Shown here one piece after another: positions 33,110-41,724 of a DNA stretch of 64,000 nt. Under the pieces are notes generated by a model. The model worked only from the letters and a program-made list of their open reading frames with translations. It ran no database searches and had not been told where the DNA came from. This stretch comes from an uncultured Methyloversatilis sp. Lineage in GTDB: Bacteria > Pseudomonadota > Gammaproteobacteria > Burkholderiales > Rhodocyclaceae. The first letter of the stretch is position 1, and every line of letters begins with the position of its first letter. The position numbers were made by a program, and so were the translations under genes. The stretch is from the NCBI GenBank assembly GCA_964580925.1, contig CAZOMI010000001.1, positions 48 through 64,047 of the forward strand. The letters run 5' to 3'.

Positions 33110-33940
33110 ATGGAAGAAAAACACGGCATCAGGCCCGGCCAATCGCTCGAACTGCTCAAGGAACTGCATATCCTCACCCGCGACGGCCGGATGAATCAGG
33201 ACAGCCGGCGCAAGCTCAAGCAGGTCTATCACCTCTACCGCTTCATCGAACCATTGCTGCTCGAACGGCAACAAGCCTCACCAGACATCCAACTGGTGGA
33301 TGTCGGCGCCGGCAAGTCCTACCTCGGCTTCATTCTCTATGACCTGTTTTTCAAGCAGCTTGGCAGTGGCTCGCACATTTACGGCATCGAAACCCGCCAT
33401 GAACTGGTGGAAAAGTCGCGGGCATTGGCGAGCCGGCTGGCGTTCCCCGGCATGTCGTTCCTCGACACCACCGTGACTGACGCACTGACGGCACCTGAAC
33501 TGCCGGCCAGAATCGATGTCGTCACTGCCCTGCATGCCTGCGACACCGCCACCGACGACGCGATTCGCTTTGCCCTGGGGCGCCAGGCCGAATTCATCGT
33601 GCTGGCACCCTGCTGCCAGGCCGAGCTTGCCGCCATGCTGAGAAAAAACAAGGCCAAGGCGCTGGCCAATCCGCTGGCGGAACTCTGGCGCCACCCGTTG
33701 CATACACGGGAATTCGGCAGCCAGGTCACCAACGTGCTGCGCTGCCTGCAGCTTGAAGCGCATGGTTACCAGGTCAATGTCACCGAACTGGTGGGCTGGG
33801 AACACTCGCTGAAGAACGAACTGATCATCGCCCGCCGCCACAACCAGTCCGGAAAACATCGCGCCGCTCGCCTCGACGAGTTGCTCCGCCTGCTGGGACT
33901 GGAGGAGATGCGTCAGCGTTTCTTCACGCCGGCATTCTGA
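33110..33940 (+). CDS. SAM-dependent methyltransferase
   Basis: VDVGAGKSYLGF, ALHACDTATD, PCCQ, HSLKN. Confidence 0.88.
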   Translation: MEEKHGIRPGQSLELLKELHILTRDGRMNQDSRRKLKQVYHLYRFIEPLLLERQQASPDIQLVDVGAGKSYLGFILYDLFFKQLGSGSHIYGIETRHELVEKSRALASRLAFPGMSFLDTTVTDALTAPELPARIDVVTALHACDTATDDAIRFALGRQAEFIVLAPCCQAELAAMLRKNKAKALANPLAELWRHPLHTREFGSQVTNVLRCLQLEAHGYQVNVTELVGWEHSLKNELIIARRHNQSGKHRAARLDELLRLLGLEEMRQRFFTPAF

Positions 33941-34042
33941 TCCGATCAGAGATCCCCTGGCCTTGATCGCCAGTGGCTCCGCCTGCATCCGCTTATACTG
34001 AGGGACACCGCACATTCGTCGGTGCTTTAGAGGAGTATCGCC

Positions 34043-34168
34043 ATGGGCAAGGCACAGCAACCCAACAAGGAAGCAAAGAAGCAACCCACCAAAACCCCGA
34101 AGGAAAAAAAGGCCGCAAAACAGAACAAGAAAAACGCTTCTGTCGTCACGCCCATAGTTCCCCGCTAA
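34043..34168 (+). CDS. Small Lys-rich protein (41 aa)
   Basis: SD GAGGAG; MGKAQQPNKEAKKQPTKTPKEKKAAKQNKKNASVVTPIVPR*. Confidence 0.7.
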   Translation: MGKAQQPNKEAKKQPTKTPKEKKAAKQNKKNASVVTPIVPR

Positions 34169-34595
34169 GGCTGTTAGCCGGGCGCCGCGAACTTCCCGCA
34201 ACGCCGGGAGGATGACTCGTCAACAGGCATCCTCCGGTGCGGAAATACGCATGCCGAATACATTTCCAACCGTGAATTGCAGGACACAAAGTTGGCATTG
34301 CCGGTTTCAGCAAGAGCCTGGTTCGCTTTCAGCGCATGCTGCGCTAGCAAAAATATCAGTCGCTTTATTTGACCCGGTTGTCCTTCGCCCTACCCTGCCT
34401 GAGTAGTATTTTTTCTTTGGTTATAGACAAAATTTTTCCTATCCCGCATGGGGTGGGGAAGGAACACCGATTGACGTCAAGTCAACCCCCCTGAATCGGT
34501 AGTTTTGTTGCGTCGCAGCAATCGCAATGGGCTGGATTTAGCCGCCAAAACGCCCCAACAGACTGATTTTTCGTGTCCTTTTTTGGGCGCGAAAC

Positions 34596-34642
34596 CTACT
34601 ACATGTAGTGGTATAAATTAGTCCGGCTACTAGATTTATTCA
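34596..34642. promoter_or_regulatory. Tandem NrdR boxes
   Basis: ACTACATGTAGT (34598) and ACTAGATTTATT (34629), 31 bp apart, upstream of nrdJ; IHF-like sites flank. Confidence 0.7.
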
Positions 34643-34758
34643 TAAGTTGTTGTTTTAACTGTGAGTAAAAATTTTTTACTTCACACTGTCCGGAGGTGTG
34701 GCTATGCTTCGATGCTGTCGCGTCTCCAATAAACAACTCAACCAGCGGGCCCAAACAT

Positions 34759-37665
34759 ATGACCATGGATCACACCACCGTCGATACCGAGCAAGACTTT
34801 CAAGATGAATACACGGGGCAACTGGGTCTGCCCCTGCCACAGGAAATCTCCGGCGAAGTGCTGCTTGAAAAGTACGCCAAGGGCAATGAACGCGATGTGC
34901 ACGACGTCCGTGCCCGTGTCGCCCGCGCCCTCGCCGCCGTCGAGACCGAAGAGAAACAAGCCTGGTGGGAACCCCATTTCCTTGATGCCCAGGAAAACGG
35001 CTTCGTCCCCGCCGGCCGCATCAATTCAGCCGCCGGCACCGACCTGTGCGCCACCCTGATCAACTGTTTCGTGCAACCCGTCGGCGATTCGATCTCCGAG
35101 ATCGTCGATGATCGCCCCGGCATCTACACCGCCCTCTCGCAGGCCGCCGAAACCATGCGCCGCGGCGGCGGCGTCGGCTACGATTTTTCCAGCATCCGGC
35201 CCAGCGGCGCCCATGTCAAGGGCACGCAGTCGCGCGCCTCCGGCCCCGTTTCTTATATGCGCGTCTTCGACCGCTCCTGCGAAACGGTCGAATCTGCCGG
35301 CAGCCGCCGGGGAGCACAGATGGGCGTGTTGCGCTGCGACCATCCGGATATCGAGCGCTTCATCCACGCCAAGGACAAGGGCGACCTGTCCAACTTCAAC
35401 ATCTCGATCGGCGTCACCGACGCCTTCATGGCGGCGGTGGAAGCCGGCGGCGACATCGAACTGGTGCATCGCGCCGAACCCTGTGCCGACGTCAAGAACA
35501 AGGGCGCCTACCAGCGCGACGACGGGCTCTGGGTGTATCGCAAGATCCCCGCCTGCGAGTTGTGGAACCAGGTCATGCGCTCGACCTACGACCACGCTGA
35601 GCCGGGCATCCTGTTCATCGACCGCATGAACAAGGACAACAACCTCAACTACTGCGAAACCATCGAGGCCACCAACCCCTGTGCCGAACAGCCACTGCCA
35701 CCCTATGGCTGCTGCTGCCTCGGCTCGATCAACCTGACCAGGTTCGTCAACCACGCCTTCGAGGAAACCGCCGACTTCGATTACGCCGGCTTCGGCCGGG
35801 TCATCGACATCTCGGTGCGCATGCTCGACAACGTGCTGGATGCCACCCATTGGCCCCTGCCCCAGCAGCAGGCCGAGGCCGCGGCGAAACGCCGCATCGG
35901 TCTGGGCTTCACCGGCTTGGGCGACGCACTAATCATGCTCTGCCAGCGTTACGACACAGAAGAAGCGCGCGGCACCGCTGCCAAGATCTCCGAGTACATG
36001 CGCGATCGCGCCTACCTCGCCTCGGTCGAACTCGCCAAGGAGCGTGGTGCCTTCCCGCTCTTCAACGCCGACCTCTACTTCTCCGGCGGCAATTTCGCCT
36101 CGCGCCTGCCGCAGAACATCAAGGACCTGATCCGCAAGCACGGCATCCGCAACTCGCACCTGCTGTCGATCGCGCCCACCGGCACGATTTCGCTGGCCTT
36201 CGCCGACAACGCCTCGAACGGCATCGAGCCGCCCTTCTCCTGGACCTACACGCGCAAGAAGCGCATGGCCGACGGCAGCTTCAAGGAATACGCCGTGGAA
36301 GACTATGCCTGGCGGCTGTACAAGCACCAGGGTGGCGATGTCAGCAAGCTGCCGGGCTATTTCGTCACCGCCCTGGAAATCTCTGCCCAGGCGCACAAGG
36401 ACATGGTCGCGGCGGTTGCCCCCTACATCGACACCGCCATTTCCAAGACGGTGAATGTGCCCGAGGATTATCCCTACGCGGAATTCGAGGACCTCTACCT
36501 GTCGGCATGGAAGGCCGGGCTGAAGGGCCTCGCCACCTACCGGCCGAACAAGGTGCTGGGCAGCGTGCTGTCGACCACCCCGGCCGCCCCGGCCAGCCAT
36601 ACCCAGCCGCAGAAGCAGCCGCAGGACGTCACCATCGACTGCGCCAACCGCCGGCTGTCGATCGGTTCGCTGCCCGCGCCGGTGCTGTCATCCCTGCGCT
36701 GGCCCGGCCGGCCGCGCCTGACCGACGGCAATGCCGCCTGGACCTACATGATCGAAACGCCGCATGGCGAATTCGCCCTGTTCGTCGGGCAGATCGAGAA
36801 TGAAAAGCGCCAGTCCGTCCCCTTCGAAGTCTGGGTGAATGGCACCGAACAGCCGCGCGGCCTCGGCGCCGTGGCCAAGACGCTGTCGATGGACATGCGT
36901 GCCAACGATCCGGCCTGGCTCAAGCTGAAGCTCGACGTGCTGGCCGCCACCGTCGGCGAAGCAGCCTTCGAGATGCCGATGCCGCCGCATGGCGAACACA
37001 AGCTGATGCCGGGCGCCATCGCGGCAATGGCACAGGTGATCCGCTATCGCTGCGAGCAGCTCGGCGCGCTCGACTCCGACAACGCCACGCCGGTGCTCGA
37101 TTGCATGTTCAGCCGCGACGAGCCGAAGACCGGCACCGACGGCACACTGTCGTGGACGGTGGATATCGTCAACCCCGCCTCGCGCGAAGACTTTGTGCTC
37201 GGCCTGAAGGAAATCACCCTGCCCGACGGCGTCACTCGCCCCTATTCGTGCTGGCTGTCCGGCAACTATCCGCGCGCCCTTGACGGTCTGACCAAGCTCC
37301 TGTCGCTCGACATGCGCGTGATGGACCCGGCCTGGATCGGCATGAAACTGCGCAAGCTGCTCAACTACTCCGAACCGCTCGGCGATTTCATGGCCTTCGT
37401 GCCGGGCACGCGCCGTCAGCAGAACTGGCCATCGACGGTCGCCTACATCGCGCGGCTGATCATGCACCGCTATGCGATGCTCGGCCTGCTCGATGAACAC
37501 GGCTATCCGACGCGCGACATGGGTATCCTGGAAACCCCGCGCGAAAAGGGCCAGCTCAAAGTCACCCAGGGAGCGCTGTGCACCGAATGCGGCAACATGA
37601 CGGTCATCAAGAAGGACGGCTGCGACTTCTGCACCGCCTGCGGGGCGGTCGGCAGCTGCGGCTAG
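34759..37665 (+). CDS. nrdJ: Adenosylcobalamin-dependent (class II) ribonucleotide reductase
   Basis: [45 protein letters not shown]-terminal CxxC...CxxCxxC. Confidence 0.95.
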   Translation: MTMDHTTVDTEQDFQDEYTGQLGLPLPQEISGEVLLEKYAKGNERDVHDVRARVARALAAVETEEKQAWWEPHFLDAQENGFVPAGRINSAAGTDLCATLINCFVQPVGDSISEIVDDRPGIYTALSQAAETMRRGGGVGYDFSSIRPSGAHVKGTQSRASGPVSYMRVFDRSCETVESAGSRRGAQMGVLRCDHPDIERFIHAKDKGDLSNFNISIGVTDAFMAAVEAGGDIELVHRAEPCADVKNKGAYQRDDGLWVYRKIPACELWNQVMRSTYDHAEPGILFIDRMNKDNNLNYCETIEATNPCAEQPLPPYGCCCLGSINLTRFVNHAFEETADFDYAGFGRVIDISVRMLDNVLDATHWPLPQQQAEAAAKRRIGLGFTGLGDALIMLCQRYDTEEARGTAAKISEYMRDRAYLASVELAKERGAFPLFNADLYFSGGNFASRLPQNIKDLIRKHGIRNSHLLSIAPTGTISLAFADNASNGIEPPFSWTYTRKKRMADGSFKEYAVEDYAWRLYKHQGGDVSKLPGYFVTALEISAQAHKDMVAAVAPYIDTAISKTVNVPEDYPYAEFEDLYLSAWKAGLKGLATYRPNKVLGSVLSTTPAAPASHTQPQKQPQDVTIDCANRRLSIGSLPAPVLSSLRWPGRPRLTDGNAAWTYMIETPHGEFALFVGQIENEKRQSVPFEVWVNGTEQPRGLGAVAKTLSMDMRANDPAWLKLKLDVLAATVGEAAFEMPMPPHGEHKLMPGAIAAMAQVIRYRCEQLGALDSDNATPVLDCMFSRDEPKTGTDGTLSWTVDIVNPASREDFVLGLKEITLPDGVTRPYSCWLSGNYPRALDGLTKLLSLDMRVMDPAWIGMKLRKLLNYSEPLGDFMAFVPGTRRQQNWPSTVAYIARLIMHRYAMLGLLDEHGYPTRDMGILETPREKGQLKVTQGALCTECGNMTVIKKDGCDFCTACGAVGSCG

Positions 37666-37679
37666 GCTGAACATACCGG

Positions 37680-37700
37680 AGCGGCTAACTGATAGCCGCT
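37680..37700 (+). terminator. Hairpin after nrdJ
   Basis: AGCGGCTA-ACTGA-TAGCCGCT. Confidence 0.4.
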
Positions 37701-37953
37701 ACCGGCGTAACGAGAGGTTTTTTCCGACGGCGCCAAGGCCGACTGCATTGGCCGCGGGTTTCTGCACGCCACGACCCCGGCATCTATTTGCGGGGCCGTG
37801 CCATTGTCGGCTGGCTGGTCCACATGAAGACAATCCATGTACTCCGCCGATAATCATCCATATACATAACTAAAGTCTTCGGACAACTATGATATGGTTT
37901 CGCGAATATTTCATCTATCACCCAGGTTTTTTAATCACACCTAATTGCACCTC

Positions 37954-38559
37954 ATGGCGCAACCGACACGGACAGAACTTCGCGGGGCCCGAAATGCCAG
38001 GGTCGTAGCCATTGGCGCCTCCACTGGCGGTGGCCAGGCGCTCGAAACGGTATTGGTGAACCTGCCGGTGATCAGGCTCGGAATTGTCATCGTGCAGCAC
38101 ATGCCGAAAAGATTTACCGCGATGTTCGCCGACCGCCTGGACAACGTATGCGCCATCAAGGTACGCGAAGCACGGGATGGCGACGAAGTGCTGCCCGGAC
38201 AGGCGCTGATTGCCAGCGGCGGCAGCCATATGACGCTGCAAGTCAGTGGCAGCCAATATTACGTTTCGGTAGCTGACGGCCCGCTCGCCAACCACCAGAA
38301 ACCTTCCGTCGATGTCCTGTTCAGCTCGGTGGCCAAAATTGCCGGCAGGAACGCGCTGGGCATCATCATGACCGGCATGGGCAACGACGGCGCGCTCGGG
38401 ATCAGGTCTCTGCATGATGCCGGTGCGCAAACGCTGGCGCAGGACGAAAAGTCCTGCGTAGTGTTCGGCATGCCCCGAGCCGCCATCTCGCTGGGCGGGG
38501 TAGGCAAGACAGTTCCCCTGGCGCAGATTTCCCAGGAGATCCTTGCATATTCCCGCTAA
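37954..38559 (+). CDS. cheB: Stand-alone CheB methylesterase domain
   Basis: [32 protein letters not shown]; no receiver domain. Confidence 0.88.
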   Translation: MAQPTRTELRGARNARVVAIGASTGGGQALETVLVNLPVIRLGIVIVQHMPKRFTAMFADRLDNVCAIKVREARDGDEVLPGQALIASGGSHMTLQVSGSQYYVSVADGPLANHQKPSVDVLFSSVAKIAGRNALGIIMTGMGNDGALGIRSLHDAGAQTLAQDEKSCVVFGMPRAAISLGGVGKTVPLAQISQEILAYSR

Positions 38560-38601
38560 GCATTCCTGCGCATCCAGTTACCCCGGCCAGGCGTCCGCAA
38601 G

Positions 38602-38625
38602 AAAGTCGGCGCTGGCGGGACGGCG
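38602..38625 (+). repeat. Motif A copy, intergenic
   Basis: AAAGTCGGCGCTGGCGGGACGGCG. Confidence 0.85.
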
Positions 38626-38667
38626 TTCCCTTCCCGTGAAGTCCTGATAACGGCGTCTTGTAGCCCG

Positions 38668-39012
38668 GTGGCCGATCATGTTTCCGTTTGCTGTGCCTGT
38701 GGCGCCTGTTGCGCCACCTATCGCATCACCCTGCCACGTATCGAACTCGATAATGCACCGGGTGGCTGGGTGCCGGCCGCACTGACCGAGTCCTACACAC
38801 CCACTACTGCCTGCATGCGCGAATGCACCGACAGCCCCAAACGCTGCATCGCCCTCCAAGGAACGATTGGTGTGGCAGTCAGTTGTTCGATCTACCCGCA
38901 ACGTCCGAGCGCCTGCAGCGAATTCGCACCATTTTCCACCCTTGGCTACGGTGACGAAGCCTGCAACGAAGCCCGCCGACGCCACGGCCTGCCGTCGCTG
39001 GGCGGGCTATAA
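38668..39012 (+). CDS. YkgJ/UPF0153 cysteine-cluster protein
   Basis: C.ACGACC, RCIAL.G.IG, CSIY..RP.AC, CNEARRRHGL. Confidence 0.85.
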   Translation: MADHVSVCCACGACCATYRITLPRIELDNAPGGWVPAALTESYTPTTACMRECTDSPKRCIALQGTIGVAVSCSIYPQRPSACSEFAPFSTLGYGDEACNEARRRHGLPSLGGL

Positions 39013-39043
39013 TCGCGGCGCATTTCGCATTCGCGAGAATTGC

Positions 39044-39151
39044 GGAGGTATGACAGAACGGTTGAATGCACCGGTCTTGGCGCCAGCTCCGCGCAAGCGG
39101 GGCGCGCTAGCGCAGGGTGACCTTCAGGTCAGCCGGAGCTAAAACCGGCAA
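39044..39151 (+). pseudogene. Duplicated 5' half of tRNA-Ser with 61-bp insertion in the anticodon
   Basis: 33/36 identity to the tRNA-Ser 5' end, then the insert, then AAAACCGGCAA resumes; TATAAT at 39008. Confidence 0.8.
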
Positions 39152-39173
39152 GTGTGTTACGAAGTACGGATTC

Positions 39174-39263
39174 GGAGGTGTGGCAGAGCGGTTGAATGCA
39201 CCGGTCTTGAAAACCGGCAACGTCGCAAGGCGTTCGTGAGTTCGAATCTCACCACCTCCGCCA
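39174..39263 (+). tRNA. tRNA-Ser (TGA)
   Basis: GGAGGTG...CCGGT-CTTGAAA-ACCGG...GTTCGAATC...CACCTCCGCCA. Confidence 0.97.
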
Positions 39264-39276
39264 GGAGAAATTAATG

Positions 39277-39356
39277 CCCCCCCCACGCTCGCAACATCGG
39301 CTCGCTGCCCCCCACGGGAGTTGCGTGCCCCCTTGGGGCGGCCCTACGGAGGCACG
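39277..39356 (-). repeat. Short family-B element
   Basis: Minus strand GGGCCGCCCCAAG...GGGGGGCAGCGAGCCGATGTTGCGAGCGTGGGGGG, homologous to the hpnE insert. Confidence 0.8.
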
Positions 39357-39359
39357 ATC

Positions 39360-39671
39360 ATGAGCCATAAACATCTGCATCTGTTGCGCAGTCTGTTTCA
39401 GGAACCTGTCAGCGCCAACATCCACTGGCGGGAAATCGAGTCCTTGCTGAATCACCTCGGTGCGACAGTCGCACCGGTGCATGGCGCGCGCTTTCGCGTG
39501 CTGCTGAACCGCCACGAATACTTCCTGCACCATCCGCACCAGGGCAGCGTCTTCAACCGGCAGGACATCAAGCACCTGCGGGAATTCCTCACCCATGCCG
39601 GCATCAGCGTATCGGCCTACGAAGCTGAAAGAGCCCGCCCTCCCCCAGCCCCTCCCTCACGGAAGGGGTGA
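39360..39671 (+). CDS. Orphan HicA-family protein
   Basis: LF..PVSANIHWREIESLL..LGA, GAR.RV.L, HHPH, LREFL..AG. Confidence 0.78.
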   Translation: MSHKHLHLLRSLFQEPVSANIHWREIESLLNHLGATVAPVHGARFRVLLNRHEYFLHHPHQGSVFNRQDIKHLREFLTHAGISVSAYEAERARPPPAPPSRKG

Positions 39672-39841
39672 CTGTTGACTCGCTGCGCTCGTTTATCACG
39701 GGGAGCCCCCGTTCATGCTTTCGAGCGAATTGCGGCTGGCGCCGCGTGCCGCCTCGCCTTGGGGCGGCCCGGCGGCGAGACTGCTGCGAGGGGCCGATTT
39801 TCTCCCCTTTCCCCTGGCGGGAAAGGGGCCGGGGGAAAGGC
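39634..39841 (+). repeat. Long composite family-B repeat
   Basis: CCCTCCCCCAGCCCCTCCC arm, family-B core, closing GGGGCCGGGGGA arm. Confidence 0.88.
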
Positions 39842-39875
39842 TCAAATGTAAAGATTTTTCTGACGCAGTGCTTCG

Positions 39876-40547
39876 TTATCGCGTGGATGCAGGTGCCAAC
39901 GGTGCCCGCAAGCGGGCGAAGTCGCGGGGCGCGACATACTGCAGCACTTCCTTGCCCTTGGCATCGAGTTGCAGGTCGAGCCCCAACTCGGGATAGAGAA
40001 AATGCTCCTTGTGCTCGCCGCTGCGCAGGCGTTCGCCCGGCACGCCAAAGCGCTGCAGCACCACCTGTTCGTCAAGGTTTGCCGCCGGAATGAAGGTAAT
40101 TGCGATGATCGGCGCCCGGTCCGCCTGCCGCAGGTCTTCAGCGCCGAGCTCGACCCGCCGTGCAGCGCTTTGCATGTAGTCGACCTTGCGTGCCCGCGCG
40201 AGCATCTGCTCGCGCTGGGCGAGAGAAGTTTCCAGGGTCAGGACCAGCTTGCCCTTCACGGCGCCGGCGTCGATGCTCTCGCAATAGGCTTCCAGCGAAC
40301 CGGTCTCGCCCTGCGCCACGATCAGGGCCACCTGCACGTCCCCGCCCAGTTGCTGGCGGGCCTCCTCCAGCGTGCTGCGGCCCAGCGTCAGGCCGAACAC
40401 GCGCGACCCGCCATCGGGCAGGCGTTCGATTTGCCAGGGCAGCGTGACAGGGTTCGCATCCGGGCGCTGGCCCGGCACGGAGGGCAGCAGCATGGGCAAG
40501 GCCAGCAAGGCCAGCAGCAGGGCGATGAAAAGTGCGATTGATTTCAA
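39876..40547 (-). CDS. Hypothetical exported protein
   Basis: TTG start with SD GGAGA, hydrophobic N-terminus, LPWQI, FGLTLG, KEVLQYVAP. Confidence 0.75.
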   Translation of the reverse strand: MKSIALFIALLLALLALPMLLPSVPGQRPDANPVTLPWQIERLPDGGSRVFGLTLGRSTLEEARQQLGGDVQVALIVAQGETGSLEAYCESIDAGAVKGKLVLTLETSLAQREQMLARARKVDYMQSAARRVELGAEDLRQADRAPIIAITFIPAANLDEQVVLQRFGVPGERLRSGEHKEHFLYPELGLDLQLDAKGKEVLQYVAPRDFARLRAPLAPASTR

Positions 40548-40591
40548 GGTGTCTCCAGACAAAGTCGGTGCAAGCTGCATATCATAGGGCC

Positions 40592-41566
40592 ATGCTGACT
40601 GCCCTGCGCCGCAATCTATCCGACCGCTTCACCGCCTGGGCGCTGCGCGTGCGCCCCCCCGAAGCGGTGCCCGTCGTTCTCTCACAGCGCCGCGTTTATG
40701 TCTTGCCGAGCCGCGCCGGCCTGTTGTATGGCGTGTCGCTGCTCGTCATGCTGATCGGTGCGATCAATTACAACCTGAGCCTCGGTTACGGACTCGTTTT
40801 CCTGCTTGCGGGCCTGGGGGTCGCGACGATCCTGCATACCTTCCGCAACCAGGCCGGCCTCGCCATCACCGTCGGCGCCCCCCTGCCAGTCTTTGCCGGC
40901 GACACGGCACGCTTCCCGCTGATCCTGCACAACCCGGATACGCGGCCGCGCCATCTGCTGCGGCTTCACCTGCCCGGGCAGGCGGTCATGGCGATAAACG
41001 TGCCGGCGAAGGGCAGCGCACGGGTGCTGCTGCCACTGCCCGCCACGCAACGCGGCTGGCTCACCATGCCGCGCGTCACCGTTGAAACGCTCTGGCCGCT
41101 GGGTTTGATCCGCGCCTGGAGCTATGCCGTACCGGCACTCACCTGCCTGGTCTATCCGCAACCGGCGAGCGCCGTCCCGCCAACGCCGACTTTCAGCGGC
41201 ATCGAGGGCGGGAGCCTGCCCGGCGACAGCGGCGACGAGGATTTTGCCGGCCTCAAGCGTCATCAGCCGAGCGACCCGCCCCACCACGTCGCCTGGAAAG
41301 CCGTCGCGCGCCAGGGTCCGGAAGCGCCCTTGCAAACCAAGCAGTTCGCCGGCACGGCAGCGCAGGCGCTCTGGCTCGACTGGGACATGCTGCCGCAGCG
41401 CATGGATGTCGAGACGCGCCTGTCGGTACTGACGCGCTGGGTGCTCGATACCGAAGCCGCCGGTCTTTCCTGGGGACTGCGCCTGCCGGGGCAGGAAATT
41501 TCCCAGGCGCATGGCCCGGAGCACACCCATGCCTGCCTGAAGGCGCTGGCCCTATATGAAAATTAG
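40592..41566 (+). CDS. DUF58 domain membrane protein
   Basis: Two TM helices, PLGL.RAW, EDFAGL......D, VAWKA.AR, TKQF. Confidence 0.88.
   Translation: MLTALRRNLSDRFTAWALRVRPPEAVPVVLSQRRVYVLPSRAGLLYGVSLLVMLIGAINYNLSLGYGLVFLLAGLGVATILHTFRNQAGLAITVGAPLPVFAGDTARFPLILHNPDTRPRHLLRLHLPGQAVMAINVPAKGSARVLLPLPATQRGWLTMPRVTVETLWPLGLIRAWSYAVPALTCLVYPQPASAVPPTPTFSGIEGGSLPGDSGDEDFAGLKRHQPSDPPHHVAWKAVARQGPEAPLQTKQFAGTAAQALWLDWDMLPQRMDVETRLSVLTRWVLDTEAAGLSWGLRLPGQEISQAHGPEHTHACLKALALYEN
41170..41193 (-). repeat. Motif A copy in DUF58 gene
   Basis: CGCCGTCCCGCCAACGCCGACTTT; AVPPTPTF. Confidence 0.8.
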
Positions 41567-41567
41567 A

Positions 41568-41715
41568 CCGGCCCTCCCCCAGCCCCTCCCGCGCGGGAGG
41601 GGTGACTGTTGCTCGCTGCGCTCGTCTGTTACGGGGAGCGTCCGTTCATGCGTAAGTGCGGATTGCGGCTGGCGCCGCGTGCCGCCTTGCCTTGGGGCGG
41701 CCCGGCGGCAAGGCT
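41568..41715 (+). repeat. Long composite family-B repeat
   Basis: Same consensus as 16026 and 39634. Confidence 0.88.
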
Positions 41716-41724
41716 CCGAAAGTA

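Noticed and set aside
34471-34485. FNR-like box TTGACGTCAAGTCAA
   Set aside because: Half-site spacing is 5 nt rather than 4, so it is not supportable.
39080-39140. Self-splicing tRNA intron
   Set aside because: Far too short for a group I intron, and the interrupted copy lacks the T-arm and 3' acceptor strand.
39174-39263. Possible tRNA-Sec or selenocysteine recoding given selD nearby
   Set aside because: The anticodon is TGA (Ser), not TCA. SelD has Cys in GCGCK. No selA or selB is in the window, and selD is explained by mnmH.
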